Virus record (IMG/VR): IMGVR_UViG_3300044695_002580
Location: 32,882-96,881 of that record
Direction: 5' to 3' (one strand)
DNA from: a virus
Length of the DNA stretch: 64,000 nucleotides
Of the stretch, positions 47,901-57,656 are shown in pieces. Positions within the stretch are counted from its first letter, which is position 1. Each line of letters starts with the position of its first letter. The notes beneath the pieces are model-generated. The model was not told the DNA's origin. It made no database searches and worked only from the letters and a program-made list of their open reading frames with translations. Position numbers and translations under genes: made by a program.

Positions 47901-48250
47901 AGCTTCTGTGCACCGTCAATAAAGGTGTCATCAAATGTAACCTTCTGGTGCTCATCATCTACAACAATTTGTAAAGTATCTGTTGACAACATGCCTGTTG
48001 TGTCAACTGAAGAGTTTAGTTGGATTATTGTTCGGTAAGCTGTCTCTCCTGCTGTATTAGCAATGCTGTAGTCAGGGTATAGGTAGCTAACAGAGATTGT
48101 TTGGGTAGGGTCGCTAAAATTAAATAGAATCTTATTGCGTGTTGAGTTAACAATAAGGAACATGTGGATACGCTTGATGTAGCGGTCAATGGTGATTTGT
48201 TTAGTGGTCGGGTTCCACTCGTAATATTCAGGCGCAATATTGCGTGCCAT
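44960..48250 (-). CDS. large virion structural protein
   Basis: 1096 aa; KLRTS.PQSL.DTDFEY; repeated HG..G..V modules; paralog of 36980 gene. Confidence 0.72.
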   Translation of the reverse strand: MARNIAPEYYEWNPTTKQITIDRYIKRIHMFLIVNSTRNKILFNFSDPTQTISVSYLYPDYSIANTAGETAYRTIIQLNSSVDTTGMLSTDTLQIVVDDEHQKVTFDDTFIDGAQKLRTSEPQSLMDTDFEYSVQPSKWEGLFLSNGYPSFFAKASGGNSFDVVSIIGNGVRPRSSMTVTTALPHGLVPGQIVSVQETLNYLAEGTALVTSVPTTTTFTYTARGAIAGDVASGTLTSVYGGDIFDGAHIPGGNFPIGGINTLNRWRATVDGAAPISTVTAIFDQPHGIYPGNLIVVSGTNSFDGNWQVTKVATQTTLEFALDRQQSAVSVPTTALIFAKGDGYVIQRPYDGGVSLSTATNSMGSTTIRQTRRYFRYQSGKGMQFSTGAQLTPVYDVEQLFINGGSIGTNVVTVKTVQDHGMQAGVTVDIEGVKTRFNYNPFNGNDFIVKRVIDVNTFEYEVVLTEALPLVDQNPGGTNVYVHARKWFGAVTRTGMFDDQNGFYFEYDGQKMFVCRRHSEKEGIGRVNVVKNSSFVTGLNTQFRKQLTVGQSIVIKGSSYKVIAINSATSINVAPAYRGATGNRTRYLITQSDRYSQDEWNVDKFDGEGPSGYKLDVGRMQMVYIDYTWYGAGTIRFGMRGPDGKIFFCHRIPQNNVNNGAYQRSGNLPARYEVSNDPSIFTKMVAGPTGVLGSQLGPNDTTLYVEDGRNFPSAGFIYVRDAVNCEIMRYTSVGAFDPVKRGYPITIAQRRASITNVYPDTPFTFSGTTTPITFTPDSSITGVGNDAQVAVQSITQNCAPIISHWGSSVIMDGRFDNDENFIFTGGMTKLLPVAAGVTRPLLALRLAPSVDNGIARNFGIRELTNRMQLQLNSIGVTTNGQFRIDALLNPNQIFYDNYAPATLVATRTCTGASGSIQLTVTDAAGTNGIVPGMIVTGGNIGVGAQVATVTANLVTLSVPNTGAVSGGISFTPRTGYVGLPDDWSRDLVGSGSLAQIIYFDNTGPGAGTVRPASGRIAGGDSVASFYSENGGGASNYNVSNYDLSSTRDLGNSIISGDGNVSSPSYPNGPDVIVLTATNIGTAIGNISARISWIEAQA

Positions 48251-48262
48251 TCATTTACCTTC

Positions 48263-48676
48263 CTATATCAACGTAATCGGTGGTATCACGGTTTGTACCA
48301 CGTTAGTAAATCTAGTAACTGCTCCAACTGGGAAGTAAATTCCAGTTTGTAACAGCGCATCGTTAAGAAGCAGTTGTCCTACTCCACCATCGCCAGCTGG
48401 GCCCGCGACACCTGTTGGTCCGCGTTCACCTGTTGGTCCTGCGACACCATTAACACCAGCAGGTCCAGTGGCGCCATTGGCACCAGCAACTCCTGCAGGT
48501 CCAGTTGGGCCTTGAATACCTGAGGCATATACTAGCGCATTCCAGTTTTGTGTACCATTACCAATCTTAAACTTTCCAGTGTCAAGTTCAAGACCTAGTT
48601 CACCTTCTGAAAGTAGCGGGTTAGTGGTTGTCCACTGTGACGCCGTACCACGACGTAATTGTAATTTAATTGCCAT
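48263..48676 (-). CDS. short fibre protein: Mtd-like N-terminal domain plus collagen repeats
   Basis: QLRRGT...W...NP.L..GELG.E.DT..FKIG.G; (Gly-X-Y)n. Confidence 0.8.
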   Translation of the reverse strand: MAIKLQLRRGTASQWTTTNPLLSEGELGLELDTGKFKIGNGTQNWNALVYASGIQGPTGPAGVAGANGATGPAGVNGVAGPTGERGPTGVAGPAGDGGVGQLLLNDALLQTGIYFPVGAVTRFTNVVQTVIPPITLI

Positions 48677-51480
48677 TAGTTACCGCTCACGTCTCCTCCG
48701 TTGATAGTTATAACTCCGCCATAGTTAGTATCGGGGCCGCCACCATCTACGTTCAATAGTGTAGTGCCTGTAGGGCCTGTTGGACCTAGTAAACCTTGGT
48801 TTCCTGTAGGACCTGTAGGACCTTGAATACCTGTAGGTCCTTGAATACCTTGTAATCCTGTAGGACCAGTTGCTCCAGTAGGACCCGTATTACCAATTGC
48901 AGCAGCAACAACGATTAACCAGTTTGCTGGGTCATCAACAGGTGTTATTCCTGCAGTAGAGGCGTTATTTCTACGGACGTATGTACCTTTAAGTGTTGGA
49001 GTGTCGTAGAAAACTGCCTGACCTGGTGAGTAACTAATTCCTGCTTGCCAAGTTCCAACAATTGTAAATGGCTGAGGACCAGTTGCACCTGTGGCACCTG
49101 TAGGACCAGTGATTGAAAGTCCTTGAATACCCGTAGGTCCTGTTGGACCTGCAACACCAGTTGCACCTGTAGGTCCCTGAACCTGACCAGCATTAATCCA
49201 CTGGTCGCCATCCCAAATAAATAGGTTTCCAGCTACTAAGTATGGGTCACCAGTTGTTGGAGTTGGGACAGCTGCAGTAAGTTCTTGGAATGTAGCAAAT
49301 GCATTAAGGATGTTTAAGCCACGGCCTTGTGGACCTGTAGGACCAAGTGGACCTGTAGGACCTAGAGGTCCTTGAACACCTGTAGGACCTATTGGTCCAG
49401 GTGTTGTTGATACGGGACCAGTATTACCTGTTGGACCAATAGGACCTTGGATACCCTGGATACCTTGAGGACCAGTGTCACCTTGAGCACCTGTAGGTCC
49501 TAGTAAACCTTGTGGACCTTGTGCTCCAGTCGCACCAGTAGGTCCTTGGATAGCGCCAGCGCTAATCCATTGTGAACCGCCCCATACAAATAGGACACCA
49601 TTAATTAAGTAACCGTCACCAGTTGCACCAACAGGTTGAGCAGCTTGAAGTTCTGCTAATGAGTTATAAGTTCCAAGAACATAAATAGATGCACCAGCAG
49701 GACCAACAGCACCTGTTGGACCTTGTGGACCTGTTGCACCAGCGGTACCTGCAGCACCTGGGGTACCAGCAGAACCTTGAACACCTTGAGGTCCTTGTGC
49801 ACCTGTAGCACCTTGTGGACCAGGAGCACCGATTGCACCAGTTGCTCCTGTTGCACCAGTTAGACCTTGCGGACCTGTAGGTCCAACAATACCTTGCGGA
49901 CCAGTAGGGCCTTCTACTGTGCTAGCCGCACCAGTTGCACCAGTTGGACCAGTTGCTCCCTGTGGACCAGCGGCTGTTAGACTAAATGAACCGTTAAGCG
50001 CAGAGTCTTCTTCTGAGACAAAGTAAAGAGTTGCAGGACCAGTAAATGGGACGTCCCAGAAAACAGTTCCACTTGCTACACCAGCAACAAAGTTACTGCT
50101 AAATCCTGTTGTGTATTGTGCACCTGAACTGTAGGCACCTGCTGTGGTTTGTACTCTAAATGTATAACCAGGGGTGTTGATATCAAGACGGTAACGAAGA
50201 CCACGGATAACAGTAATAGTTGGATTGTTTAATCCGTTAATAACGTACTGGCTAGCAGAACGAGTAACTGATAAATCAATACCACCAGAGATACCCTGCG
50301 GACCTGTAGGTCCTGGAACTGTAGAGGCGGCACCTGTTGCACCCGTAGGTCCTGTAGGACCTTGAGCGCCAGTAAAGCCGACTTCACCAGCAATAGTAAA
50401 TTGCCAAGAACTGAAGATGTCTCCACCAGGACCTTGGAAAATGTTTACATCTAGAGTTATTTGAGCGCCGTTTACCGCTGTAACAATTCCATCTAAAAAT
50501 ACGTTGTTATTTGCTACAGCTCTAACAATAGAGTTAACAATAAATGGGTGATTAGCAACGCTAAGAGTAAATGTTTTAAGACCAGTTCCTAAAGTAATTG
50601 GGCTTACAGATGTGATGCCAGCAAAACCTTGACCAACGGCACCAGTCGCACCTGTTGCACCAGTAGCACCAGTTGGACCTACGTTACCTTGAAGACCTGA
50701 GAAGCCTCGTTCACCTTGAGCACCTGTAGGTCCCTGCGGTCCTGCAAAACCTGTTGGACCTGTTGGACCTGTTGGGCCCGTATCACCTTGTGGACCTTGA
50801 GCACCTTGGAAACCTTGTGTACCACGTGGACCTGTTGCACCTGTTGGACCTGCGGTTCCTGAAGGACCTGTTGGACCTTCAAGGTTACCTACGTTCTTCC
50901 ATGCGGAAGTAACAGTGTCCCAAATAATTAAGTTACCGTTTGCAAGTAACCATGCTTCACCAGCTACGCCTGTTGGGCGGTCAGCTTGTAGTGCAGCAAG
51001 CGTTGCGTACTCTCCAAGAAGGTTTAATCCTTGACCAGGAGCACCAGTAGGACCTGTTGCACCAGCTAAACCAGAAACACCCTGAGCACCAGTGGCACCA
51101 GTAGGGCCTGCGTTTCCTTGATTACCTTGAGGTCCTGTAGCACCAGTTCGACCTGTTGGTCCTGTTGCTCCAGTTGCACCTGCAGGAATATTTAAAGTAT
51201 CAAATACCCAAGCGTTATTGCTGCGACGGTATAGACGTAGCTGTGTAGCGTTTCCAGTAATGCGGACAAAGGCCCAGTTAGTTGGAACTGGACTTGGGTT
51301 AGCAGCTTGAAGGTCAGCTAAGGTGTCATAAATACCAAGGTAACGAGAGTAATCTCCCTGAGGACCTGTAGGGCCAGTAGGACCTGTAGGTCCAGTCGGC
51401 CCATTTAAAGGGCCCGTTGGGCCTGTAGGCTGTGGGTACCAGTTACCGTTATCTGGCGGAACTATAATAATGTCTGGCAT
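48676..51480 (-). CDS. collagen-like triple-helix fibre protein
   Basis: Long GPT/GAT/GPQ triplet runs separated by globular modules. Confidence 0.88.
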   Translation of the reverse strand: MPDIIIVPPDNGNWYPQPTGPTGPLNGPTGPTGPTGPTGPQGDYSRYLGIYDTLADLQAANPSPVPTNWAFVRITGNATQLRLYRRSNNAWVFDTLNIPAGATGATGPTGRTGATGPQGNQGNAGPTGATGAQGVSGLAGATGPTGAPGQGLNLLGEYATLAALQADRPTGVAGEAWLLANGNLIIWDTVTSAWKNVGNLEGPTGPSGTAGPTGATGPRGTQGFQGAQGPQGDTGPTGPTGPTGFAGPQGPTGAQGERGFSGLQGNVGPTGATGATGATGAVGQGFAGITSVSPITLGTGLKTFTLSVANHPFIVNSIVRAVANNNVFLDGIVTAVNGAQITLDVNIFQGPGGDIFSSWQFTIAGEVGFTGAQGPTGPTGATGAASTVPGPTGPQGISGGIDLSVTRSASQYVINGLNNPTITVIRGLRYRLDINTPGYTFRVQTTAGAYSSGAQYTTGFSSNFVAGVASGTVFWDVPFTGPATLYFVSEEDSALNGSFSLTAAGPQGATGPTGATGAASTVEGPTGPQGIVGPTGPQGLTGATGATGAIGAPGPQGATGAQGPQGVQGSAGTPGAAGTAGATGPQGPTGAVGPAGASIYVLGTYNSLAELQAAQPVGATGDGYLINGVLFVWGGSQWISAGAIQGPTGATGAQGPQGLLGPTGAQGDTGPQGIQGIQGPIGPTGNTGPVSTTPGPIGPTGVQGPLGPTGPLGPTGPQGRGLNILNAFATFQELTAAVPTPTTGDPYLVAGNLFIWDGDQWINAGQVQGPTGATGVAGPTGPTGIQGLSITGPTGATGATGPQPFTIVGTWQAGISYSPGQAVFYDTPTLKGTYVRRNNASTAGITPVDDPANWLIVVAAAIGNTGPTGATGPTGLQGIQGPTGIQGPTGPTGNQGLLGPTGPTGTTLLNVDGGGPDTNYGGVITINGGDVSGN

Positions 51481-51481
51481 A

Positions 51482-52543
51482 TCACTCCACCGTTGTCACT
51501 TGCTGGGTCACGAATGTCTGTCCTCTTAAGAAGGTTCTTTGGAAGTTGTTGTCCACAGATGATGTGGCTTGTAGGTCCCAAAAACCTCTGACTGGTAGAT
51601 AGCGTGTGTCCTGTTGTGGTAGCGAAATTCTGATACGTCCAGTCTGAACGTCCACAATTGTAACATTGAAGGCTACCCACCGAGTAGGTGAATTTGGATA
51701 AGTTCTAATCTCTGCAGAAAACTCTAAATTGGTAACAGGAGCGCCTAGGATAAAGTCCTGTGAATAACTATCTCCCTGATTCATAACAAGGTCTTGAACC
51801 TGGATAGTAGATGGGAAGGTCTGTCGACCAATCATGTCATTCTGTATATACACACGCTCTGGTTTACGGCCGTCATCAAACTCTTGTGGCATATAGATAG
51901 GAACAAGCTTATTAGTACGCTTAGAGGAGCGGCGCAGGTTACCTACCTGAATACGCCATAGTCCTATATTTAACTGGGCACATAGAGAGCGGTACTGCTC
52001 TTGACGCTGTGCAATCATGCCTGTTAATTGAGCGTAGCGTTCGCTTCGTGGGATTACCACACCATCTGGAGCGGTGATGTTAATGTCAAATGCTGCATCT
52101 GTAGCTAAAACCCAGAGTGCTTCAATAGTAGCTAGGATAGCAATTGGATACTCTTCTACCGCAGGAAGGGTTGCCATAGTAACGCGGCTACCGTATGCAT
52201 CTGTTCTTTCATAGGTATGCTGCTCAATAGCTGTATTAATAAAGCGGGTGATATCCGCATCAGAGAAGTAGCGGAAAGCTGTGCCATTAACAGTCAGGAC
52301 TTCGCCTGCTGATATTGGGTTTAAAAATCTAACAATCCCTGTATCAACCTCTAGCTTATAGCCAGTAGGGGCAGGGATAAAGTTTTGAGAAACTCTAACT
52401 AAAAGAGTGAAAGGGTCTACAGGCTTATTATTTAAATAGTAGGCGGTAGTAGCTCCATCACTTGTTGCAGTGAATTGGAATTCCTTTGGCTGGTCACCCA
52501 ACTCCAAGCGAGTCCGAGAAATCAGGTCTGACAACAGGGCCAC
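51482..52543 (-). CDS. probable head-tail connector with extra domains
   Basis: R.ELGD, YFSD.DI..F motifs; follows capsid genes. Confidence 0.55.
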   Translation of the reverse strand: MALLSDLISRTRLELGDQPKEFQFTATSDGATTAYYLNNKPVDPFTLLVRVSQNFIPAPTGYKLEVDTGIVRFLNPISAGEVLTVNGTAFRYFSDADITRFINTAIEQHTYERTDAYGSRVTMATLPAVEEYPIAILATIEALWVLATDAAFDINITAPDGVVIPRSERYAQLTGMIAQRQEQYRSLCAQLNIGLWRIQVGNLRRSSKRTNKLVPIYMPQEFDDGRKPERVYIQNDMIGRQTFPSTIQVQDLVMNQGDSYSQDFILGAPVTNLEFSAEIRTYPNSPTRWVAFNVTIVDVQTGRIRISLPQQDTRYLPVRGFWDLQATSSVDNNFQRTFLRGQTFVTQQVTTVE

Positions 52544-52567
52544 TAACTACTCCTAACGATAGTAACG

Positions 52568-52597
52568 AAAAAGCGGGCAAACCTAAGTGTGCCCGCT
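52568..52597 (-). terminator. intrinsic terminator
   Basis: AGCGGGCA/TGCCCGCT stem then T run on minus strand. Confidence 0.7.
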
Positions 52598-52614
52598 GAT
52601 TCGCCCATTAAATG

Positions 52615-52980
52615 CTAGATAACTCCAGCGAGGTAACCCTTTTCCTGTAGGTGTTGGGCTACGTGCTTGGACACTTTGTACTTCTGTCCAGCCTTAAAGC
52701 TATAGAAGTTTCCTACTCCTAGAGTCATGTTCTCGATGTCTTCTACGACACGGATTACAACTGAGTCTTCTTCTTTATTAGCGACTACAGTTACAGAATC
52801 CTCAATAACAGTTGCTCTATTTGGAATAGTAGCGTCTACAACTTCATCAAGTTTAATCTGGGCTTCAGCGGACGCCATAGACATCTCTGCTGCGCGAGCT
52901 TGAAGAGCATCTGCATTATCTGCAATCTGCTGTGCACGAGCGCGGCCAGTAACGTCTTGAGGCTTTACTTGTCTTGCCAT
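52615..52980 (-). CDS. capsid-associated hypothetical protein
   Basis: 121 aa, AGGAGA RBS, directly after MCP. Confidence 0.7.
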   Translation of the reverse strand: MARQVKPQDVTGRARAQQIADNADALQARAAEMSMASAEAQIKLDEVVDATIPNRATVIEDSVTVVANKEEDSVVIRVVEDIENMTLGVGNFYSFKAGQKYKVSKHVAQHLQEKGYLAGVI

Positions 52981-53042
52981 TTATATTCTCCTAATTAGTA
53001 TCTGTTGAGTGGGCAGTTTTTAGACGTACCCAGGTCTGTGGA

Positions 53043-54113
53043 TTAGTTGGTTTCTGCAATAACAACAGACTGGTCAGTAATAAGACCAAGACCGAAGATT
53101 GAGTACCAAGCAAGTGCGTGCTCACGACCGAAGTCAAGAATACCACCGTCACGGAGTTCAACTGGAAGAGAGATTGCGTGACCGAATGCGTTATCTCCAA
53201 TGAAGATAGCGTCATAGCGGTCTGAACCACCATTACCTGTGAACTGTGCTGGAGTAATGTAACCTCCACCAGGTGTAACAGTTGGGTTAGCAACTGCTGA
53301 GTCAGCGGTGTAGTTAGTACCAGCACCACCAGCTACCTTACGTACCTGTGTTGTTTCGATGAATACGCAGTCGTACAAACGACCAACTTCACCGAGCATG
53401 AAGTTACCAGGAGCAGCGTACTTAGTTACTTCGATAAACTCTGGGTTATCACGAAGCTGACGGCTCTGGTGTGGGTGGATAAACGCAACGTAAGTTTCGC
53501 CCAAACGTGGGATGTTCTTGGTTGCGAGTGTCTCAACAACGTCCTTAACTGTGTGTGGTGTAAGGTAGTTAGCGCCAGTCATGCTTGCGCGGTTTGTACC
53601 CTTAGTACCATATGCATACCAGTTGTTGACTGCTGAAAGGTTAGAGCGGTCTTCACCGTAGATGGTTGAAGTCGCTGCATAAAGTGTGTCGCGTGATAGC
53701 TGGTCTAGGTAGATAGCCATGTTACGACCGAGAAGACGTGAAGCAGAAGCCATTACGTCATCGAATGAAGCGTTAAGCAAGAGCTCTGATACAGCAAGAG
53801 CATAACCATGCTCTGTTACTGTGATTGAGAACTGCTGTGCTGTAAGCGCGTTTGTCTGCATACGAACACCTTCGACAAGTGCGTTAGCAAAGCCGAGGTT
53901 GTTGTAGCGGAGGAAGTTAATCTGTAGACCAGGTGCAACACCAAGTTCAGTCTTCTTGACTGCGAACTGCTCGAAGCGAAGGATAGGCATTGCCTGGAAA
54001 AGGATTTCCTTAGACCAGATAACCTGAATCGCCTGAGTCAACTGTGTGTTTGTACCTGAGTACGCTGTTGGGGCTGCGGCTAGATTGCCAGTACCCGTAA
54101 TACCAGATGCCAT
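53043..54113 (-). CDS. major capsid protein (N4 gp56-like family)
   Basis: 356 aa after scaffold; F.QFA...G..I.F.RY, FIHP.Q...LR, GEVG.L....FIET; strong codon bias. Confidence 0.9.
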   Translation of the reverse strand: MASGITGTGNLAAAPTAYSGTNTQLTQAIQVIWSKEILFQAMPILRFEQFAVKKTELGVAPGLQINFLRYNNLGFANALVEGVRMQTNALTAQQFSITVTEHGYALAVSELLLNASFDDVMASASRLLGRNMAIYLDQLSRDTLYAATSTIYGEDRSNLSAVNNWYAYGTKGTNRASMTGANYLTPHTVKDVVETLATKNIPRLGETYVAFIHPHQSRQLRDNPEFIEVTKYAAPGNFMLGEVGRLYDCVFIETTQVRKVAGGAGTNYTADSAVANPTVTPGGGYITPAQFTGNGGSDRYDAIFIGDNAFGHAISLPVELRDGGILDFGREHALAWYSIFGLGLITDQSVVIAETN

Positions 54114-54157
54114 TTTAGTTGTTTACTCCTTGTAGGTTGGATTTGGGATTGTGGGAT

Positions 54158-54937
54158 TTACCCGAACAAGCCGCGAGACTTACCACGAGCCGAAGCGCTC
54201 ATGATACGTTCTCTGTATTTTGCATAGTCATTCATCGACATTGACTGAATATCTTCAGCCGTTAACGCACGTTGTTCCGAATTGTCGTCCATTGGTCCGA
54301 GCGGGGGCGTGGTTACCCTGGTCCCCGTCATTTCTTTACGCGCATTCTGCATTGCAAACTGCGCCGATTCAAGAATCTTGTTTGAACGTTCCTTCAAGCT
54401 CTCAATACTTGCTTCTACTTCTTCGCGGGTATTGCCGCTAATCAGGTCTACAAGTTCTGGGATAATGTTTTCACGTTCTGCGTCTACACGTTGTGAACGG
54501 TAGTTCTGTAGGTCAGCAAAAGTTCTTTCGCGTTCCAGAAGAGCGAAGGCACGTTCACGTTCTTGACGCTCACGCTCCAACTGCTCCTGCCACTCTGCTT
54601 CCTTAGTCTTAAGCAAAGTACGAACATCCATATCACCTTCAAGAGCTTCCTGCTGAGCCTTAGCCTTAGCCTCTGCTTCTGCAGCACGTGCAGCAAGTTC
54701 TGCTTCACGCTCTTTCTTAATGCTATCGAGTTCTTCCTTCAGCTTATCAATCTGAGGATAGAGTTTTTCTTTCTCCTGGCTACGAACTTTAACCAGGTCT
54801 TCTTCCGTATAAAATTTGGAAGTCGCCTTAGTAGTAGGTGCGTCAGCAACAACAGCGTTGTTTGACGACTCAGCTACGACTGGAACGGTTCCTGCTTCAG
54901 CTGCAAAAGCTTCTGCATTTAGTCCTGCTGTTTCCAT
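54158..54937 (-). CDS. capsid scaffolding protein
   Basis: Charged coiled coil; YTEEDL; C-terminal MSM.DY...R; between portal and MCP. Confidence 0.8.
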   Translation of the reverse strand: METAGLNAEAFAAEAGTVPVVAESSNNAVVADAPTTKATSKFYTEEDLVKVRSQEKEKLYPQIDKLKEELDSIKKEREAELAARAAEAEAKAKAQQEALEGDMDVRTLLKTKEAEWQEQLERERQERERAFALLERERTFADLQNYRSQRVDAERENIIPELVDLISGNTREEVEASIESLKERSNKILESAQFAMQNARKEMTGTRVTTPPLGPMDDNSEQRALTAEDIQSMSMNDYAKYRERIMSASARGKSRGLFG

Positions 54938-55015
54938 ACAAGATTCCTTTTTCTCCTAGGGGTCGTTTTCCGAATGCCCTTACGGGCGTAACACATATGA
55001 CCAAACGTTGTATCT

Positions 55016-55050
55016 ATTGTCTTTCTTAATACAAAAAATGTCAGGGTAAA
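55016..55050 (-). promoter_or_regulatory. conserved late promoter-like motif
   Basis: TTTACCCTGAC-N18-GACAAT. Confidence 0.6.
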
Positions 55051-55053
55051 CCT

Positions 55054-56760
55054 TTATTTTTCGTACTCTTCTGGTACTCGCCTCTGTGGGAGGACAGTGC
55101 CATAAGCTTCTGTTACCAGCTTGTTGCGAAGGTCGGCCTCGCCCATATCGGCGGCCATTAGCGCTTCGTCTATAGTTGCTGGCATTACTGCTGGGGCTCC
55201 TGCGGCGCCTGGTTCTAGAGGCTGACCTGGTTTGCCACCAGTTTCTGGGTTAGGCATAGTGCCTGTAAGTTCTGCGATTTCCTGCTCAATCTGCGTCTGT
55301 AGAAGTCGTAACGCACCATCAGCCACAGCGTCATCCATAAGTTCCTGACGAATTTCATTGAGCTTATCGCTTGGGAAAGACTCGCCAAGTGAACGAAGGG
55401 CCCCCTCCTTAGACTCTAGCCCTAGAGACAACATAGATTGAACTTCGTTAAGTGCAATCAACTTATCTAATGGCAGAGGCTGTGGGAAATGTACATATGT
55501 TTGATAGGTAAGTGGGTCGTTAGGGTCTAAACGGTCAACCTGACCTGTCTTAAGTTTTACGTTGCGGGTAGGGTCCCAGATAAGCATCTCTGGTTCCTTA
55601 ACAGCAAGGCTGCGGATAATAAGCTCATTAATAAGTTCTAGTCCGCGTGCATACTGAATAATCTTCTGGTGGTAGCGGTTCATCAAAGGCTGGAACATGA
55701 TGGATAGGGCTACGCCTGATGTATTAGAGATTGGCTGTGCCTGACCAAGAGCGGTCTCAGGTACACCAACCATTTCATGCATAGACTTCTTTAGCATAGC
55801 TAGGAAGTCCATAGCACCCTTAAGACCTTGTGAGCCGCCTTCTAGGTTTTCTACCTTCGCGTCTTTTGGTAGTCCGCCCCAGACCTTGTTAGCGCCCTTT
55901 TCCAATTGTGAAGCTTTGGCACCAATGATGACTGTGACGGGAGCAGCATGATAATTAACGATGTCAGCGATGTCAGTAGCAGTCTCGTTATAAGTACGGT
56001 TAATATTAATAATATCGAAACAGTCAGCAAGGCCCCAAGGGCTACCGCTAATACGAATATTTGGAATATGAACAACGGGAATAGTACCAAGCGGGTTAGG
56101 GCGAGAATCAATAAGTTCATCGTTGATGTACTCCTCGATGATGTCGTCTGTGAGGATTTCGGTGTAAGTAAACACCTGACGTGTTCCTTCTAGTGATGTG
56201 CCCCAGAAACGATACTTTAATTTAAAACGAATTAAGCGCTCGCGGTCATGTGGGTGGAACTCTGGAAACGCAAACGATGCGTTAAGTGGAAGGATACGAA
56301 CACGTCCTGGGTGTTTCATACCAGATGAATCTTCCCACGGTTCTTCGTAAGCAATCTTTACAAAGCAGTCACCTGATACGGTTCCCTGCTGTCCCATTTC
56401 CCATAGGACTGTTGCCTTGTTGTTATCTACTTCCCAAACACGTTCTAGTAGGTCAGGGATAATAGCTTCGGTTTCACGAGGGCTTCTAAAATCTACGCCC
56501 TTACCAAAAGCAAAGTTAATAATAAAATCTGAGAAGGCACGGTAGTAATTAAGTACTAGCTGGCTATCGCCAATCTGACGACGGTATGAATAGTGGTGGC
56601 CAAGATACATCGCCCAGTTAAGTGAATAACGGTTTAGGCGTGGGCCATGAACTTCAAACTCCTCATCTGCCAACTCGACAAGGCCGAGTGGAGAAATGGA
56701 GATGGTTAAGTCGCTGGATGCCGCCCTATACGATGGGGGCGAAAAGTCAATGCCGCTCAT
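55054..56760 (-). CDS. portal protein (SPP1 gp6-like)
   Basis: NPLG.IPVVH.PN, WG..D, SGVAL; position between terminase and scaffold. Confidence 0.88.
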   Translation of the reverse strand: MSGIDFSPPSYRAASSDLTISISPLGLVELADEEFEVHGPRLNRYSLNWAMYLGHHYSYRRQIGDSQLVLNYYRAFSDFIINFAFGKGVDFRSPRETEAIIPDLLERVWEVDNNKATVLWEMGQQGTVSGDCFVKIAYEEPWEDSSGMKHPGRVRILPLNASFAFPEFHPHDRERLIRFKLKYRFWGTSLEGTRQVFTYTEILTDDIIEEYINDELIDSRPNPLGTIPVVHIPNIRISGSPWGLADCFDIININRTYNETATDIADIVNYHAAPVTVIIGAKASQLEKGANKVWGGLPKDAKVENLEGGSQGLKGAMDFLAMLKKSMHEMVGVPETALGQAQPISNTSGVALSIMFQPLMNRYHQKIIQYARGLELINELIIRSLAVKEPEMLIWDPTRNVKLKTGQVDRLDPNDPLTYQTYVHFPQPLPLDKLIALNEVQSMLSLGLESKEGALRSLGESFPSDKLNEIRQELMDDAVADGALRLLQTQIEQEIAELTGTMPNPETGGKPGQPLEPGAAGAPAVMPATIDEALMAADMGEADLRNKLVTEAYGTVLPQRRVPEEYEK

Positions 56761-56805
56761 TTCACCTTCTCTAAACTAGAGTTAAAGGGTACCACTAAAT
56801 CTATA

Positions 56806-57102
56806 TTAGCGAAACCGCGTTACCTTCTTAGTTACTGGCTTGGTAACTTTTTTCTTCTGGTCTTTTTCTTTTTTCTCTTTGGCCTCTTCCGCGTAGTCTC
56901 GCATACGAGGGTCTACTTCGCGCTTAGAGTTAACATACTGACCACCCATTGCGTTGTATCTAGAGTGAATCCAGTGTCCGCGGGCAGGAGAGTTTTTAGA
57001 GAACTTTGAATTCGCCTGTGCGGTAATCATGTTCCAAAGTTTAGGATTAGCGGGTTCCCGCTCTTCCGTTTCCTTTGCTTCTTTTCCTCTAATCAGTGCC
57101 AT
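56806..57102 (-). CDS. basic hypothetical protein
   Basis: 98 aa; P.NPKLW...Y...GG motif. Confidence 0.65.
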   Translation of the reverse strand: MALIRGKEAKETEEREPANPKLWNMITAQANSKFSKNSPARGHWIHSRYNAMGGQYVNSKREVDPRMRDYAEEAKEKKEKDQKKKVTKPVTKKVTRFR

Positions 57103-57126
57103 CTTTAATCCTTATAAAATGGGAAG

Positions 57127-57166
57127 CCCACCCCTGTGACGTATTCGCCGTACAAACAGGGGTGGG
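57127..57166 (-). terminator. terminator-like hairpin
   Basis: CCCACCCCTGT/ACAGGGGTGGG 11-bp stem after the 57175 gene. Confidence 0.55.
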
Positions 57167-57174
57167 AAACCTAA

Positions 57175-57573
57175 CTAGTCGTTTACTACAGCTGGGTTGC
57201 CAGACTTCTGTGGACCGCCGCTACGATTAACTTCTTCGAAACGGTTGTCGCCATGGTCAGCAAACGCACCAGATGAAAAGTCGTTAAGACTTGCTGGTGC
57301 TGAAACCCATGCAGCAGAACCTACGTGAGCACGCTCACGCATTGTTTCTTCTGCAGTCTTTGTGTGAACAGCCTTATTACGATTTGGACGACCTGCAGCT
57401 GGTTCGTATCCCTGCATAGCACCAGTGGTGAACTGTGTTGGGATGTCTGTGTCTGTTGCAAGACCTTCTTCAAAGCGTAGTGGGCCACGCTGTCCTGGTG
57501 CAGCAGGTGACATCTTACGGTCGTAAGTGGTACCTGGATTCTCAGGGAACTTAGGTGTTGGGGCAATTGCCAT
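57175..57573 (-). CDS. hypothetical, probably abundant virion protein
   Basis: AAGGAG RBS, own promoter-like motif and terminator. Confidence 0.7.
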   Translation of the reverse strand: MAIAPTPKFPENPGTTYDRKMSPAAPGQRGPLRFEEGLATDTDIPTQFTTGAMQGYEPAAGRPNRNKAVHTKTAEETMRERAHVGSAAWVSAPASLNDFSSGAFADHGDNRFEEVNRSGGPQKSGNPAVVND

Positions 57574-57614
57574 TTTTTATACTCCTTATTAAAGGGTTGA
57601 GGACCTCGTGTAAA

Positions 57615-57649
57615 AGTGTCCTACTTATTGGTCGTAAAGTCAGGCTAAA
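57615..57649 (-). promoter_or_regulatory. conserved late promoter-like motif
   Basis: TTTAGCCTGAC-N18-GACACT. Confidence 0.6.
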
Positions 57650-57656
57650 CGGGTAA

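Noticed and set aside
48263-51480. Nucleotide tandem repeats as a DNA-level element or DGR target
   Set aside because: Explained by Gly-X-Y collagen coding with varied third positions; no reverse transcriptase or template repeat seen
53010-53037. preQ1-I riboswitch
   Set aside because: Similar topology, but the loop lacks the expected preQ1 consensus and no queuosine genes are nearby
52981-53060. Frameshift fusing the major capsid protein to the downstream gene
   Set aside because: An in-frame TAA sits immediately before the downstream ATG and no slippery heptamer is present
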